Below the pieces are notes generated by a model. The model was not told the DNA's origin. It made no database searches and was given only the letters and a program-made list of their open reading frames with translations. A DNA stretch of 64,000 nucleotides from Malacoraja senta (lineage: Eukaryota), in assembly GCA_038087875.1 (NCBI GenBank), contig CM075988.1, positions 11,410,001 to 11,474,000 of the forward strand, given 5' to 3'. Shown piece by piece: positions 1 through 13,214 of this stretch (the stretch's first letter is position 1; the number at the start of each line of letters is the position of its first letter). The position numbers and the translations under genes are program-made.

Positions 1-699
1 TCGAAAACAAGTAGATGTTTACGAAGATGTTCCCAAACAAGTAGAAGATGTAAGTAGATGTTCCCAAGGAATGTCTGGGAATGTCTGGGTTTGCTGAGCA
101 AAACACGGCAATAGTTGGGCAGACCACCTACACCCCCTACCGCAAGTAGTGCAGAAACTGTGTGGCACGGCCTGGTTGGAGGGGATAATGATTTGCTCCT
201 GGGAAGGGGGTATGGCATGATCAGAATGGGCAAGAAACACCATAAAAGAAGCGCCCTTCCAGAAAAAAAGAGAACCCCAGCCTTGGACTGTGTCGCGAAC
301 GGTGACAGGTGATCAACAACAGGATACGATCTGGCAGCTTGCTCTGCTGTGTACTCGGGGTTTGTGAGTGCTTGCGCAGACACATAAGTCTATGTATCCT
401 ATTTGGCAGTGTAATAAAATACCTTGGTATTCAAACTCTGTTGTCTGAATCCGGTGATTTATCAAACACAACACCACAAAATGAACAACTTTCATGTGTC
501 CCTATACTCCACAATTTTAAATTTTGGATCCCTCCAGCTTGCACTGTGCTAAACAGCAATATCCCATATTCCTCAGTCTATCAACCTAATTAAAGTCCTT
601 CATCACCAAAAGCAGTTGTGCTAAAAGCCTTCACATCTTTCCGATAGTGTGGCATCCACAACAAGACACAATACACTGTTGGTGTTGGAGACACAACAG

Positions 700-1060
700 A
701 CTGCACATGCACGTAGCTTGAGCAAAAAGCAACCCGCTAGAGGAACTCAGCAGGTCAGGCAGCAGCTGTGGAGGGAAATGAAGAGATAATGTTTCGGGTT
801 GGGAGTCTTTGGGTTCAGGTTCATGCATGATCCTGAAAGTTGTCTGTCTATTTAACTCCACTGGTGCTTCCTGATCCATTGAGTTCTTACAGCAGACAAA
901 ATGTGTAGGAAGGAACTACAGATGGTGGTTTATACTAAAGATAGACACAAACTGCTAAGCAACTCAGCAGGACCGGCAGCATTTTTGGAGAGGAGGAATG
1001 GGTGATACTTTGGGCCGAGACTTTCTGAAGTCTTTCTTCTGAAGAAGGGTCTCGACCCAT
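700..1060. mobile_element. Cluster of degenerate Penelope-like terminal-repeat (pLTR) fragments
   Basis: Contains family motifs ggaactcagcaggtcaggcagcagc, tgtaggaaggaactacagatg and ctgaagaagggtctcgaccc in both orientations. Confidence 0.65.
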
Positions 1061-1194
1061 TCTGACTCCTTTTTTTTTCCTTTCCCCACCACAGAAGTTA
1101 AATGACTAATCTATCGTGATTGTGCTAGTGATTGTTGTGACATGGTTTTTGAACAAGGTCATAACACTTGGTATTATTTTGATATTCATTGCCA

Positions 1195-1392
1195 TAGACA
1201 GCAGTGGAGGCCAAGTCATTGGGTATATTTTAAATGGAGATTAATAGGTTGGTGTTTAGTTTGGGCACTAAAGGTTACGGGGAAAAGGCAGAAGAATGGG
1301 GATGAGAGGCAGAAATAGATCAGCTATTTAATAGATAGAGCAGTCTCGATGGGCCGAATAGCCTAATTCTGCTCCTATGTTTGATGCTCTAA
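1195..1392 (+). mobile_element. CR1 LINE 3' end fragment
   Basis: gcagtggaggccaagtca...gggccgaatagcctaattctgctcctatg resembles the 3' end of the longer CR1 copies at 15.9 and 24 kb. Confidence 0.7.
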
Positions 1393-1434
1393 TGGCACTG
1401 CCCCTGAATCTATCGATATCTGGAACATTGTGAT

Positions 1435-1737
1435 GGCCTGGTGGCGTAGCGGTAGAGCACCAGAGACCTGGGATCGATCCAGACTACGGAGAGGTGCTGT
1501 CAGTATGGAGTTTGTACGTTCGCCCCGTGACCGCGTGGATTTTCTCCGAGATCTTCTGTTTCCTTCCAGACTCCAAAGACGAACAGGTTTGTAGGTTGAT
1601 TGGCTTGGTATAAATGTACAATTGTCCCTAGTGTGTGTAGGGTAGTGTTAATGTGCGGGGATCACTAGTCATTGCAGACTCAGTGGGCCGAAGGGCCTGT
1701 TTCCGCGCTGCATCTCTAAACTAAACTAAACTAAACA
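1435..1737 (+). mobile_element. tRNA-derived SINE, HE1/V-SINE-like
   Basis: A-box-like tggcgtagcggtag and B-box-like gatcgatcc, then a V-domain (ggagtttgtacgttcgccccgtgaccgcgtgg), a CR1-like tail gggccgaagggcctgttt and a (ctaaa)n terminus. Confidence 0.85.
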
Positions 1738-4700
1738 AAACATTACAATTAGAGCTTCTGTAATTTCCTTCCTTACTTCCTTCAGCAATTTGGGACATAT
1801 TCATCTGGACCAGGTGATATTATTTACTTTTAGTGTAGGTAGTCTTTCTAGTACCTTATCTATATCTATTTTTAGCCCTGATGTAATGTCCTCATTTAGT
1901 ACTTTAGCCATGCTTGCTGACTTCATGGGTACATTTCCTTTTTGGTCTCTGATTCATCCAACCTTTCCTCGTTCAACCCTTTGCTGTTTTCACATACTAT
2001 CAATTAAAAAAAAATCAGTTTGGACTTTATCATAAATCTATCAAGGGCATATCTCAGTGCTGTAATCTAATCTGCAGGCACTGGTCACCATGTTTCAATT
2101 TTTCATGCATATATCACTACATCTCAAATACAAATCACAGAAAATTTCAACAGGACTTTCCATTTTATCACTCATATCCGTCCATTGTTCCTCAAGGAAC
2201 CACAGAATAATTTGTATTTTTTCTCTGAGATGCTTTGTTGTTGAGCCAGATTCAGTGCAAAGTAAACAAATCACACTTGCTTATGATTCATGATAATGAT
2301 GTATGGGCTCCAAGGAAGGTGTTCAATGGATTGCAAAAGTCTTGTGAATTATTCTCAATCTAATGTAACAGAAGAGTTGTGGAGATAAACTGTGGAAGCT
2401 AAAGGATGATTTGAATAATAATTGGTGATTGGTAGAAGTTTCTATAACATGAATGTGGCTTCCAGAAAGGAAGATTAAAATTATATCATTGCATATAATT
2501 CACATAACCATCGTAAGCATTGAATCATTACTGCACAAGAATATTAATGTGCACCAATGATGTGTGAATTAGTGTGTGTGGATGGAAGATCGAGGAGTGC
2601 TTTTTGGACAACAAAGTCACAATCTTCAGATGTTTTTTGCCACTGTTCTAAATTTACACACCAGGCACAGTTTTTCTTGACGGAAATTTTTAAAGAAAAT
2701 ATTTTGTTGTATGCAAATTAGAGCAAAGCTAATGTGTGTTCATGTTCTGAATGTGGATAAATAGTATATGTGCGTGCATATATAATTAGGTGATTATAAT
2801 TGAAGGATGAGACAAAATAGGCCACGAAACAAATGATTGCACAAAATATTTCAAAACCAGTCTGCAAGGAAACCAATTAGAAAAGTGGTTTATTTCCAAG
2901 GTAATTGTCAATTGAGAACATAGTTGGTGCTCAGCATTGTTTTATGATTGAATTGATTAATCAGCAAGTACCCAAAACAAACCAAGTACATTAATTAAGA
3001 ATCTGTGACTTCAAATCCCTACCTACCAACAATGTTGCTTATGGCATCATATCTAGGTTGCATCTGAGAATTCTTTTGAAATTGATGACTATTCAGTATT
3101 ACTTACATATGGCTGTGTCAGAGATTTTTGTAAATTCCAACCTGTTATTTTGACCTATCGTTCCAAGCATAAATAAATGTACAATTAAGCATCTGCTGAA
3201 ACACCAACATGACAGCATTTAGAACACATGAAACCAGCAATGCATAATCCGAGCCAATATCGTACATATTTCAAATAACTAATGGTGTGATAGTCTACTA
3301 AAACCTTCACCTGCTGCACTGTGACGAACAACATTAGGAGCTAAAGAACTCACTGCAAAACAGATGATGTGTACCTAAATATGAGATTGCCAATTCTCTG
3401 ACGGTGGACAATTGCAAGTGTCCCTGAAGATTTCATGCTCCATCCAGCTAAAAAGGCTGTTGTAGGTCTCTGATGCTGCTTGTTCAGTCCATGCCTTCAT
3501 ATGGCAAGAAGTTTAACTCTGAAATGTCCTCCACCTCTCTGTCACTTTGAGCAGGATTTTTGAAAACCTCCTACCTCCTTGATGAAGTTAATGATTGCCT
3601 GCCTGCCTCCTTCCGCTGTGTAACGATGCTCCTGCAAAACATCTTGGGGCATTTGATCATGTCAGAGACACAATATAAATTCAACCCGTTTCTGTGTGTG
3701 TGAGGTTTTAAAACTGATGACCAAGTACTCGGTTGGCAAAAGTTGTGAGTTGGTCAGGTGTGAAAATCCCCTCCATAAATATTTCTCTGCAGTTATTGGT
3801 TTCCCATGAGTCTTCATTATTTCGTTTCAGCAGAGACCATCTGCTCCAGCATCCCATGAATGAATATTTCAGTGAATTCTGAATTGCCTTGTTCTAGTGA
3901 GCTTTGCACGTGATGTAATGCATGTTCTTTTTAACATAGTAGATCATTAAACACTACACATTTTGAAAGCTGGTCAATTTGCTGTTTGGGAGAAATTGCA
4001 TCTAAATGCATCTAGTCCACATAAAGATACTAAACCTCAGATAGTAAAGCTGCTAAATATCCATATCTTTACACAATGAAAGTCTTTATAATCCAGGAAT
4101 AAACCTTTGCCCATTGCAAATTAGTGCATTTGAATATTTGTTTCCATGATTCATATTAAGTACTTTCCATTTCCATTTTGAGAAATGAACTGATTTCACA
4201 CTCAGTGGGTCGAAAAGTAAAACCTAACACAGGAATAAGGGAAAATATGTGATCTTTAATGTGCTAAGATATGGTACATGGAGGATTACACAGAGCCAGT
4301 GGAGTTTGCAGAGTAATAGACTGTGAATCCAGCATAGTGATAGAACATAAATCAATCCTGCGCATTACAGATGAACTCAACATTATTCCTAGTGCTGAGT
4401 TATGACTAATGATTTAGCTTCTATATAATAAACAACAATAAGTGACAGATATTGTCAATGAATATCCAGTCCAGCACTTAGTTACCATACAGCCTTTCAG
4501 GTTTTGACTTATGATACAGTTTTAATTATACAACCAGTGTCACTTGATAGCTCACTGTCTCAAAGAAAATGAATCTGCAATTTAACGATTATTTTTAAAT
4601 ATTTTTGAAGCCTGGTCATATGATTGCTTATCATCAATTCAGTGAAAATTATGCCACTCATCATGCCCATTACAATCGTTTGGCAGGCTGGGTGCTGTTT

Positions 4701-5829
4701 GCAGATGGATCAAACCTTCCCATTTCACCTCTCATTCTGATGACATTTCCTAACGCTGCCAATTTCTCCTCGGCTGCCAGACATTCCAATTTGTTGTGTT
4801 AATTGATGCCCAGTGGCACTATTGATGCACAAAAGAGCAAATGGAAGTGTCTGGTTTTGCTCTTATTGGAAACGTGAATTCTCAACAAGGACAAGCAAGC
4901 GCTAACCTTTTCTACTGGCACTTGCAAGTCAAAAAGGTTTGAACATACAGCCACCTTTCATTTTAATGGAATGGCTTAAAAACTGCTCCACAGCCACAAA
5001 CGTAAAGAATTAAGTTAAACCCTGGCAAATGACAGAGAAGTGTTGTTATACCTCTACAACTTGGAACAAACTGGTGAAGGCTTTGGTTATTCCCATTAAT
5101 ATGCTATTGACGATGCTCATGTCCTATAGAAAAGGCTTATGTTTATTATTGGCATGTGTAGCCAGATACAGTGAAAAGCTTTGTTTTGCATGTGATCTCA
5201 TCAGAGCAGCCAATACTATACATAAATACAATTAACTCAAACTCAAGTACAATAGGAACAGCAAAGGGGAAGCCAATAACTGTGCACTAGTGCAGAATAT
5301 AGTTCTCAACATTGTAGCACATTAGTTCCATAGATAACACGAATCCCTCGATCACTTTTGCAACAAGCATGGGAGAATTTTTTTCATTTCATTTATTTGA
5401 CTGTGGGGGCAAGTAGGAAGAAAGTCTGTTTGACTATTATAACCCATCCAATTGGATAATATAGAGCAAACAGCTTTGAAAATAGCTGGAAACAACAACA
5501 ATTAATGTGTTCAAGGACCTTTGGTGAGAGAGTTAGGGTGGGCCAATTGGAAGAACTGAGGTCACGTGATTTCACTTCCAGGAATGCATCCAATCATTTA
5601 TTGGCAACCCTACCTGGCTGCCTTGTTTATCAGAAATAGGTACAATGCTGGCAACAAGCTTATAATACTAATGATGTGGCACCAATACAAGAATAAAATA
5701 ATGCAGATACTGGGAATAGGAAATAAAAATGAAAATACTAGAGATCAGGTCAGAGAATATTTGTGTAAAGAGAAATGAGGGTTAATATTGGGACACAGGT
5801 GTTCAAACCGTAAGCAAATAACTACTCAG

Positions 5830-5995
5830 AGTCATAGAGTCATACTATGTGGAAACAGGACCTTTGGTCCAACTTGCCCACACCGACCAACATGTCCCAT
5901 CTACACTAGTCCCACTTCCTTCCATTTGGCTCATATCCCTCTAAACCTGTCCTATCCATGTACCTGTCCAATTGCTTCTTAAATGTTGCAATAGC
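5830..5995 (-). mobile_element. CR1 LINE 3' end fragment
   Basis: Reverse complement of the 3' end at 11160-11397 (catagagtcata...cctgtcctatccatgtacctgtcc). Confidence 0.7.
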
Positions 5996-6287
5996 AAACT
6001 TGCTGGAGGAATGTGGAGGGTCAGGCTCAGTATCAGTGGAGGGAAATCAGGAGACATTTTAGATCAGGACCCTTCGTTAGACTGATCACTCTAAAGAAAA
6101 ATCTCAACCTGAAATGTCATTCGTTCATTTCCACAGAAACAGCCTGACCCTCTGAGCTCCTCCAGCAGTTTGTGTTTCACATGAAGGTTGATATTTCAAC
6201 TGTCAGATAGTTACAGATTATTCCTGTAGGTTCCTTCAGCTCAACAACAGTCATACAAATGAGAACACAAAGTTTTATTTAAAATAT

Positions 6288-6586
6288 TGTAGAGGGGCAA
6301 ACGTCGTGAATAAATGGATTCTTTATTCAGGCATTGTAGGTTAGATATACATGCACGTTTAGCACTCAAATATAATAGTCATTGTTGTTGCTGAGAGGCT
6401 GTTGCCTCGTTGGCTCGTTTGAGCTCCTGCTGAGGTGGCAGGACACTCTCATGAAGAAAGAGGAAGAGAGCGAGAGAGGGAAGGTCGGTTCTTATATACT
6501 AGGGCACAACCCTACACCCCTGACTCCTTCCTGTGACTGCCGAGGATTCGCATAGCAAGAGTGGCTTAACCACTGGTGCTGCTACA
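6288..6586 (-). repeat. 3' LTR
   Basis: TG...CA ends; TATA-like tatataag and AATAAA on the minus strand; roughly 90% identical by eye to 7790-8093. Confidence 0.92.
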
Positions 6587-7773
6587 GGACCCCCCCCCCC
6601 ACCGATCAGGAGGCAGGATAACGAGTAAGCTGACAAAACACGGCAGCCTGACTCATAAACTTACAGGCAGACCGTGAGGGCAGACGTCAAAAAGGAGTGC
6701 GGAAGCAAGATGGAGGGCGGCTCTTGCTGTGGGGTCCGTGGCACCCCAGCTGTGAGTCGGGATGGAGGGGCCCGTGGGCGCAGTCGACGCTCTGGCTGTG
6801 GGCGATCCCGAGGTATCCCTGGGTGCCAGAAGACCAACGCAAAAACCACAGGATGGATGAGGGATAAACCAGTCACGTTGACCAGCAGAGGATCATGAGA
6901 AAGACGTCAGCATCAACAAGAAACTAATAACAATATTAAGCTAAGGCATTACAGAGTAAAATGGAAAAAAAACCTACAGTGAGCAAACTGCAAATATACA
7001 TCAAAGTCCAAAATGGTCGGATGCCGAAAGTTCTGTGGTTCGAATCAAGCAGGGTAGGACAGGAAACCAAAGTTCAAAATGTCCAATGCACTATGAGAAG
7101 CTGTGCTTGTAACTGGAGGCTGTAGTAACACCCACCAACCAGGGGTGGCGCTGTAGACGTCGATCAGCAGGTCTTCCGTTGCTTCAGGCCTGCCACGGTG
7201 GCCATTTTTGTAGTCACAACGGCGGCCATTTTGTAGTTGCTGCGGCGAAATCTGCGCTGCACGAGGAGAAGAAGGACGTATTCAGGCAGCCTCCCTAGGT
7301 AGGCCTGCCCTATCGGGTGGCTATGCCTTAAGCAGCGGCCGGTGGGATAATGGACGGGCCCGCTCTCTCTCCGCTCCCGAGGCCGTCAGGCGGGCATCGG
7401 TGATGCTGGGGGCAGAGGGCTGCAACACTCGCAGCCTCTACAGCAGCTGGTGGTGGAGTGTTGGCAGACGCGGCCCCTCAGCCCCGGTGGGCAGCTCCAT
7501 TCAGGTCCTGCGGGACAGAAAGCGAGGGCCGAGGCTGCTACGGCGGTGGGCCAGGGGCACGGGCAGGCGACCCTGATGGCCTGCGATCAGCTAGACCAGG
7601 CATAGGCGGGAATCAAGTGGCCCGACCATGGCGGCAGAGCCCAAGGTGGCGTCTGGTTGCCGCGCAGAGTTGATGGCTGCGTACATAGCGTTAATTATCG
7701 TAGAGCTGGGCTGGGCTGTCAGCTGCAGACATCAGGTTACCACCAATTTGAAATCCAAACTATCCATTCTGGA

Positions 7774-7788
7774 ACGTCGGGGTCACCA
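7774..7788 (-). other. Primer-binding site complementary to the tRNA-Trp 3' end
   Basis: Minus strand reads TGGTGACCCCGACGT one base after the 5' LTR; vertebrate tRNA-Trp ends ...ACGUCGGGGUCACCA. Confidence 0.85.
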
Positions 7789-7789
7789 A

Positions 7790-8093
7790 TGTAGAGGCGC
7801 AAACGTCATGAATAAATGGATTCTTTATTCAGGCATTGTATGTTAGATGTACATGCACGTTTAGCACTCCAACATAATAGTCATTGTTGTTGCTGAGAGG
7901 CTGTTGCCTCATGGGCTCGGTTGAGCTCCTGCTGAGGTGGCAGGACACTCTCATGAAGAGAGAGGAAGAGGAAGAGTGCAAGAGGGAACGTCGGTTCTTA
8001 TCTACTAGGGCACACCCCTGTACCCCGTGACTCCTTCCCATGGCTGCCGAGGATTCGCATAGCAAGAGTGGCATAACCTTAGGTGCCACTACA
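7790..8093 (-). repeat. 5' LTR
   Basis: Direct repeat of 6288-6586, adjacent to the PBS. Confidence 0.92.
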
Positions 8094-8364
8094 ATATATG
8101 TTTTTGTAGTTTATTTCAAAATGTAGTTATGTTCTACTTATTTTTGCCATACTTTATGTTTTTTGTTTTAAGAAACCAGTCTGATCAGGGAATGATTTGG
8201 ACAAGACCTCAGTGACCACATAGCAGCTTGCCTATTCCTGGAGGTGTACCTGGAAATGAACTAAAATGACCTCGCGTCTGCCACTCGGCCTGCCCCAACT
8301 CTTTCACCAAAGGTCATCCATAGTTGTGGTTGTTAGCCAAGAGCAGAGTAAACTAATTCTACTG

Positions 8365-9195
8365 TGCTCCTTGCTGTACTCATCCTTTTCCACCCCAACG
8401 ATCCCCTTTCCAAGTACTCTGTCCTGCAACCACATGAGCCTGTATCTATACCTCCTTCGTCACATGCATCTAGAAACTCCGTCACATGCAGTCCTTCCAA
8501 GTGAAACGGAAGTTCATGTGCACCTCCTCTAACCTCATCTACTTCATTTGGTGCTTCCTATGTGGCCATCTTTACAACAGAAAGACCAAGTGTAGACTAG
8601 TCGACCGTTTCGTGGAGTTTGCTGTATCTCCCGGTTGCGAACCGTTCCCATACTGACCTTTCTGTCCTGGGCCTCCTCCATTGCCAGTGAAGCCACACGC
8701 AAACTAAAGGAATAGCACCTCCAGTTTAGGTAGCTTACAACACAGCTGTATAAACATTGAATTCTCCAATTTTTAGTACCTAATCTACAAACACTCACTC
8801 CTTTTTTTCTCCCCACTTTGACCTCCCTCTTCTCTGTGCCCCACCTGGATGCGTAGCCATTTCCCCCTTTTCCCCCATATTCTTTCCTCTGGCTTCTCAT
8901 TTCACACATCTTCTATCATTTCTCCTAATTGATACTTTTTGTCTTTTCATCTCCGGCCTTTGTCCAACCATCTACTAATTAACCAGCCCCCACCTCCCCC
9001 ACTCACCTGTATCCACTTATCCCGTGATAATAAACTCTCTTGAATCTCTTGAATCTTGAGCTGTCTGTCACCATCTAGCTTTCTCTCCCTCTACTACAAT
9101 CACTCTGAAGAAGTGTCCCAATCGTAAATACCAACTACCCATGTCCTCCAGAGATGCTGCCTGAACAATTGAGGTGCTCTAGCATTTAGTGTCCA
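8365..9195 (+). mobile_element. Penelope-like element 3' fragment with degenerate GIY-YIG endonuclease
   Basis: From 8513 translates FMCTSSNLIYFIWCFLCGHLYNRKTKCRLVDRFVE, a decayed FTCxSxNxIYCIxCxxCxxxYIGETxRxLxxRF motif. A pyrimidine-rich UTR and pLTR follow. Confidence 0.85.
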
Positions 9196-9244
9196 TTCAG
9201 ATAACAAGGTTAATTCGAGTCATTTTACTCTCCATTGGTGACAA

Positions 9245-9578
9245 AGATGAAATTGGAGGAAATGCACCTCATATTCCGCTTGGGCAGTCTACATCCTGGG
9301 GGCTTGAACATTGAATTCTCCCAATTCTGCTAGCCCTTACTGTCCCCTCCCCTTCATCAGCCCTCTGGTTGTCTCCTCCCCTCACCCAGCCCTCAGGCTC
9401 CTCCTCTGCCTTTTTCCTTTTTTCCTTTCTTCTCCCCACCCCCTATCAGTCTGAAGAAGGGTTTCGGCCCGAAACGTTGCCTATTTCCTTCGCTCCATAG
9501 ATGCTGCTGCAGCCACTGAGTTTCTCCAGCATTTTTGTGTACCTTCGATCTTCCAGCATCTGCAGTTCCTTCTTTAAC
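9245..9578 (+). mobile_element. Penelope-like 3' end (young subfamily)
   Basis: ORF end EEMHLIFRLGSLHPGGLNIEFSQFC*, then pLTR with hammerhead motif and tail ...gtgtacct-tcgatcttccagcatctgcagttccttcttt. Confidence 0.85.
9451..9478 (+). ncRNA. Minimal type-I hammerhead ribozyme motif
   Basis: CTGAAGA-A-GGGT(TTCG)GCCC-GAAA-CG-TT: CUGANGA core, stem II, GAAA, palindromic ACGU stem III. Confidence 0.6.
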
Positions 9579-10179
9579 AAGATGAATGTCTTGTTGTCTT
9601 GTCGCATATAGTATGGAAATCTTCCTTGACTGCTTTATCGTTCAGAATTGAATAGCAAGAGGCATTCTAGCATATGTGTGTTGTTTGCTCATCCATCAAA
9701 TAGATAATGTTATTCCAAAAAATTGAAATAAATTGACTGGTTAACAGAGATTCTAAGACTTTGAACTTCATGGTGATTATTTCAGTGCAGTTTGAGCCAA
9801 TCAAGTATATTTGCATCCCTTCTGGCAGATGAAAACCAGTACCAAAAATAAAATATCCTGTATCTGTACACTGTGGATGGTTTGTTTGTATAGTCGTTCT
9901 CTTACTGGATAGCATGCAACAACCTCAGTACACATGACAATAAACTAGACTAAACTTAGCTGAATTATCAGTCAAAGCCTATAACCTTTCCAACACAAAA
10001 TGCATGAGAAAGAGTCAATCAGAACCTTGATATCTGTAGAATGAACCTGCGGAATGAACCAGTTGTGGTTGAGACAAAGAACTTAATGGACCGTCCCAGT
10101 GAACCAGAATGTGGTAGACTATACAAACTTGTTCTAATGCAGTATCATTTTCATATTTTCTGTTTCCTCATGACAGAAA

Positions 10180-10500
10180 TTAGGCCATTCAGCCCATTGG
10201 GTATGTGGCTTTCAGAGCAATGCCATCAATCCCATCTCCCCTCTTGTTTTCAGTAACCTATTAACTTGTTCTTGCCCATTAACCCCCCCGCCCCCCCGAC
10301 TCTCCCTCCAGCCACTTGCATGGGAAGTAATTTACAGTGGCCAATCAACCTAACAGGCAACATGTCCTTGGGACGTGAGAGGAAAGAAGAGCTCTGAAGG
10401 AGACCGGTATTACCACATAGTGAACTGAAAAACTCGCAGACGGCTTGAGAGACGAGAATCAAACCCAGGTCGCCGGAGCTGTGCTGTCTGCGACACACCA
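10180..10500 (-). mobile_element. Degenerate HE1/V-SINE-like copy
   Basis: aggccattcagccc tail, ccaatcaacctaac and gaatcaaacccaggtc (reversed B box). Confidence 0.6.
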
Positions 10501-11159
10501 TACCAATGGATATGTTGCTTACCCCAAATCCTGTGAACTAGAGTGGGTTTGCTGTGTATCTGAGTGCTCGTAAATCGGCGTGAGATTCTCTCTCTTTATC
10601 CCCTTTGTCTTTATTGTGACAATTCTCTTATCCCAATCCCAGTGAAATGGATTGAGGTAGCCCATTTGCCCCAGTTCCACTAAACTGGAGTGAGACTTAT
10701 TCAAGTCTAGTTCCAGGCAACACACTTTAGTCTGAACTATGAAACATTCGGCTTTTCTCCCAAAATATATCTCAAGGCTAATTGTACTCCACACATTAAT
10801 TTAAACAACTTCATGAGAGTGTGTACAAGTCTTTCATTACACAGTGATTTGTTCAAATACCTCTAACTCTCAGACCCTTGAGAAAATGTACAGAATATGT
10901 GCCAGCGAATTGGAGATGAATAACATCGCAAGTTTTCTAACCATTTACTATTCTGCATTGGGTGCTAAATGTGGTAATGTCTTTTATCTTCATTTTGCAT
11001 TGCCTTTCATGCTCCTTTCAGGATGAATAAAAGCTCTGCATTAAATGAAATAGTAGGTGTCATGCAGAAAATGTAACAACCACATTATGCAGAGAAGTTA
11101 AATATATCAGGCACATCATCAGCAGGTCATCTTTTATAATAAGGCTGAACAACAGAAGG

Positions 11160-11397
11160 TTCACACAATGGGTGGTGGATGTATGGAACAAGCTGTCAGA
11201 GGAGGTAGTTGAGGCAGGGACCATACCAACATTTAAGAAACAGTTAGGCAGGTATACGGATAGGACAGGTTTGGAGAGATATGGACTAAATGCGGGCAGG
11301 TGGGACTATGTAGCTGGGACATTATTGGCCGGTGTGGGCAAGTTGGGCCAAAGGGCCTGTTTCCACGCTGTATCACTCTATGACCCTATGACTCTAT
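11160..11397 (+). mobile_element. CR1 LINE 3' end
   Basis: Translates VDVWNKLSEEVVEAGTIPTFKKQLGRY (CR1 ORF2 C-terminus); tail (ctatgact)n. Confidence 0.85.
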
Positions 11398-12304
11398 AAC
11401 ATCATGCTGTTTCACCTAACCTCCACTGATTGAGAGAGAAGAATAAATGCTTTGCTGCATCACATTAAATCTGGCCTTGACATAATCAGATGGCACTGTA
11501 ATTGCTCCTTGTCAAGGCTTACTCCTGATTATTGAGGTACCAAAGGCAAATAATTCCATTGATCATTAAATCCTGTGAACTGCAGCAATAAATACAAATA
11601 CCATCAGTGGAGTTATTGGCACAGTTCTTCAGTTGCAGAAACTTAGATCTTACTGTGTAAATTTGGTGCCTTATGGAGAGGAGGGTGCAAAAAAAATGGA
11701 ACGAGAAATCAAAAGCATGCTAATTATTTTCCAACCCAATCTAAGTGCTGTTTCAGCAATCACAACTGCCCAGAGTATAGGAGCCAATGTGCTCACTTGG
11801 ATATGTGTCAGGGGGGAGCTATTTTTGAACTGCAGCATATTCCATCTGTTAGAACCACTTTAATATCCACGCAGTGCCAAAATGAAAAAAAAGATCTAAT
11901 TTATATAACAGAACACTGGATTTAATTTTTGTTTTAATACCCACATTTTCTGTGCAATTTTGTTCACTTTTTTTTCAAAATGCCTGTCAAAACATTTGAG
12001 AGTGCATTTTTCATATATGTGCTTAAAGCTCAGACCTCGGCCCCCAAATGTGAGGCTGGATGTTGAAAGAGCTATGAACACATGGCTGTTCCATGTCCAC
12101 CAATGTGAGCATCTAAAGCTCAAAGTTCTGGGCTCTGTTGCAGTCAGTTTAGTTAGAGTCATACAGAAACAGGCCTTTCAGCCCACTGAGTCCATGTCAA
12201 CTATCAACCACCAATTAACACTAATCTGACATTTATATTCTCCCCACTTTCTCATCAATTCCCCTCAGATTCTATCCCTCACCCACACACTGGGAACAAC
12301 CCAA

Positions 12305-12603
12305 ATCAGTCTGAAGAAGGGTCTCGACCCGAAACGTCACCCATTCCTTCTCTCCAGAGATGCTACCTGAGTTACTCCAGCATTTTGTGTCTCTCTTCGA
12401 TTTAAACCAGCATCTTCAGTTCTCTCCTGCAACAACCAATTATTCCATCGAAGATAGACATACAATGCTGGAGTAAAGGAGGGTTCCGATGCAAAATGTT
12501 GCCTATTCCTTTGTCTCAAGAGATGCTGGCTGAACTGCTGAGTTACTGCAGTATTTTGTGTCTATCTTTGGTATAAACCAGCATCTGCAGTTTCTTCTTA
12601 CAC
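12305..12603 (+). mobile_element. Partial-tandem Penelope pLTRs
   Basis: Two direct copies ending aaaccagcatct..cagtt, with a short inverted piece between them. Confidence 0.75.
12311..12338 (+). ncRNA. Minimal hammerhead ribozyme motif
   Basis: CTGAAGA-A-GGGT(CTCG)ACCC-GAAA-CG-TC with a GUC cleavage triplet. Confidence 0.6.
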
Positions 12604-13214
12604 AATTAATCTACCGACCCGCAAGATCTTGGGATATAGGAGGGAACTGGAGCACTGGGGGAAACACAGGGAGAACATGCAAACTCCGCACAGGCAGCAG
12701 CTGAAGTCAGGATCGAACCTAGGTCTCTGGCACAGTGAGACAGCGGCTCTATTCACTGTGCCACCGTTACTTATTTTTTTGGAAACAAGATGTCAGCCAG
12801 CACTGAGGTTTACTCCAGATGGTCAGTGGGGAGAGACCCTGCTATTCCAGGCCCATTTGGTTAAGTATATGAACAGATAACTGGGTGGGTTAGACTGTAA
12901 GTAAGCTTTATCCTGGAAGTCAGAGGAGATGAAGGTGTGAGGGAATCAGGTAATTGGGCTTCCACTGTGGATCTTTTTAAAAATATTTAAATGTTTTATT
13001 AGCGGCATCTGCATATCATAGTCCAAACCAATACAAACTTTGTTTAACGATTACATATTAAATATCCAGGATTCCAGGGACCCAGTTACTAAAGTAGCTG
13101 GGGTCCTCCTTTATCGGTTACATATTAACATTGCCTCTAATTATTTATTGATGTTTATAGATAGGAAAAATAAAGAAATAAAGAGAAGAAATTCGAAAAA
13201 TAGGATAAACTATC

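Larger units (their letters stand above)
6288..8093 (-). mobile_element. Complete non-autonomous LTR retrotransposon (Gypsy-type ends), 1.8 kb
   Basis: Two ~300-bp direct repeats with TGTAG...CTACA termini and ATAT TSD (6284-6287, 8094-8097). PBS at 7774-7788, PPT (C-run on +) at ~6590-6600. No pol ORF in the 1.2-kb interior. Confidence 0.93.
12140..12770 (-). mobile_element. HE1/V-SINE-like copy interrupted by Penelope pLTRs
   Basis: SINE tail ~12140-12299 and SINE head ~12604-12770 flank the Penelope insert. Confidence 0.7.

Noticed and set aside
1..330. Short imperfect repeats (agtagatgtt, gaatgtctgg) at the window start
   Set aside because: Probably the edge of a repeat element cut by the window; cannot be classified from what is visible.
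1435..1500. tRNA gene
   Set aside because: The A/B boxes belong to a SINE head; there is no complete cloverleaf.
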